NCBI GenBank assembly: GCA_013265495.1
Contig: MU057887.1
Location: 1,929,319-1,949,318 of the forward strand
Source: Vicugna vicugna
Taxonomy: Eukaryota
Reading direction: 5' to 3'
DNA length: 20,000 nt
This document shows positions 19,788 through 20,000 of this stretch, piece by piece (position 1 is the first letter of the stretch; each line of letters begins with the position of its first letter). Under the pieces are notes generated by a model. That model was not told where the DNA came from. It worked only from the letters and a program-made list of their open reading frames with translations, and ran no database searches. A program made the translations under genes and the position numbers.

Positions 19788-20000
19788 TTTTTTTTTTTAC
19801 ATTTTTTATTGATTCATAATCATTTTACAGTGTTGTGTCAAATTCCAGTGTTCAGCATGTTCAGCACAATTTTTCAGTCATTCATGGACATATACACACT
19901 CATTGTCACATTTTTTTCTCTGTGATTTATCATAACATTTTGTGTATATTTCCCTGTGCTATACAGTGTAATCTTGTTTATCTATTCTACAATTTTGAAA
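19788..20000 (-). mobile_element. Young LINE-1 3' end (camelid L1_Vpa-like), running off the window edge
   Basis: Poly-T, TTTATT and antisense L1 terminus homologous to 910-1135; internal 9-bp duplication TGTTCAGCA at 19849-19866. Confidence 0.92.

Noticed and set aside
1..20000. Numerous 60-280 aa ORFs on both strands
   Set aside because: They are rich in Pro, Gly, Arg and Ala, overlap in all frames, often have non-ATG starts and show no recognisable domains. This is expected from stop-codon scarcity in GC-rich DNA.
910..20000. Inverted homologous ends suggesting one large element with terminal inverted repeats
   Set aside because: They are independent, diverged L1 3' ends with their own poly-A tails, and there is no transposase or shared TSD.

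Overview
This is GC- and CpG-rich mammalian genomic DNA, most likely from a camelid (alpaca, llama or camel), judged by four tRNA-derived Vic-1-like SINEs and young artiodactyl-type L1 3' ends. No protein-coding exon is recognisable. The ORF track is explained by GC-richness and simple repeats, apart from one decayed L1 ORF2 C-terminal remnant. The window is a mosaic of interspersed repeats (young L1 3' ends, old L1MB/L1ME, L2, MIR, two MaLR LTRs and one ERV1/MER41-like solo LTR), microsatellites, CpG-rich patches and several AT-rich unique islands dense in transcription-factor motifs. About 17 of 21-22 recognisable repeats lie on the minus strand, which suggests an intron or lncRNA transcribed on the + strand. 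The most notable observations are: twin-primed 5'-inverted L1 insertions; an ancient L1 that appears to have been converted into CpG-rich sequence; a strongly signalled candidate non-coding exon (1584-1828); clustered CRE/UPRE bZIP sites, including two inside an MLT1 LTR; and enhancer-like motif clusters. I found no convincing evidence of a wholly new biological system. Repeat family names come from recalled consensus sequences rather than a search, and boundaries of old repeats are approximate.
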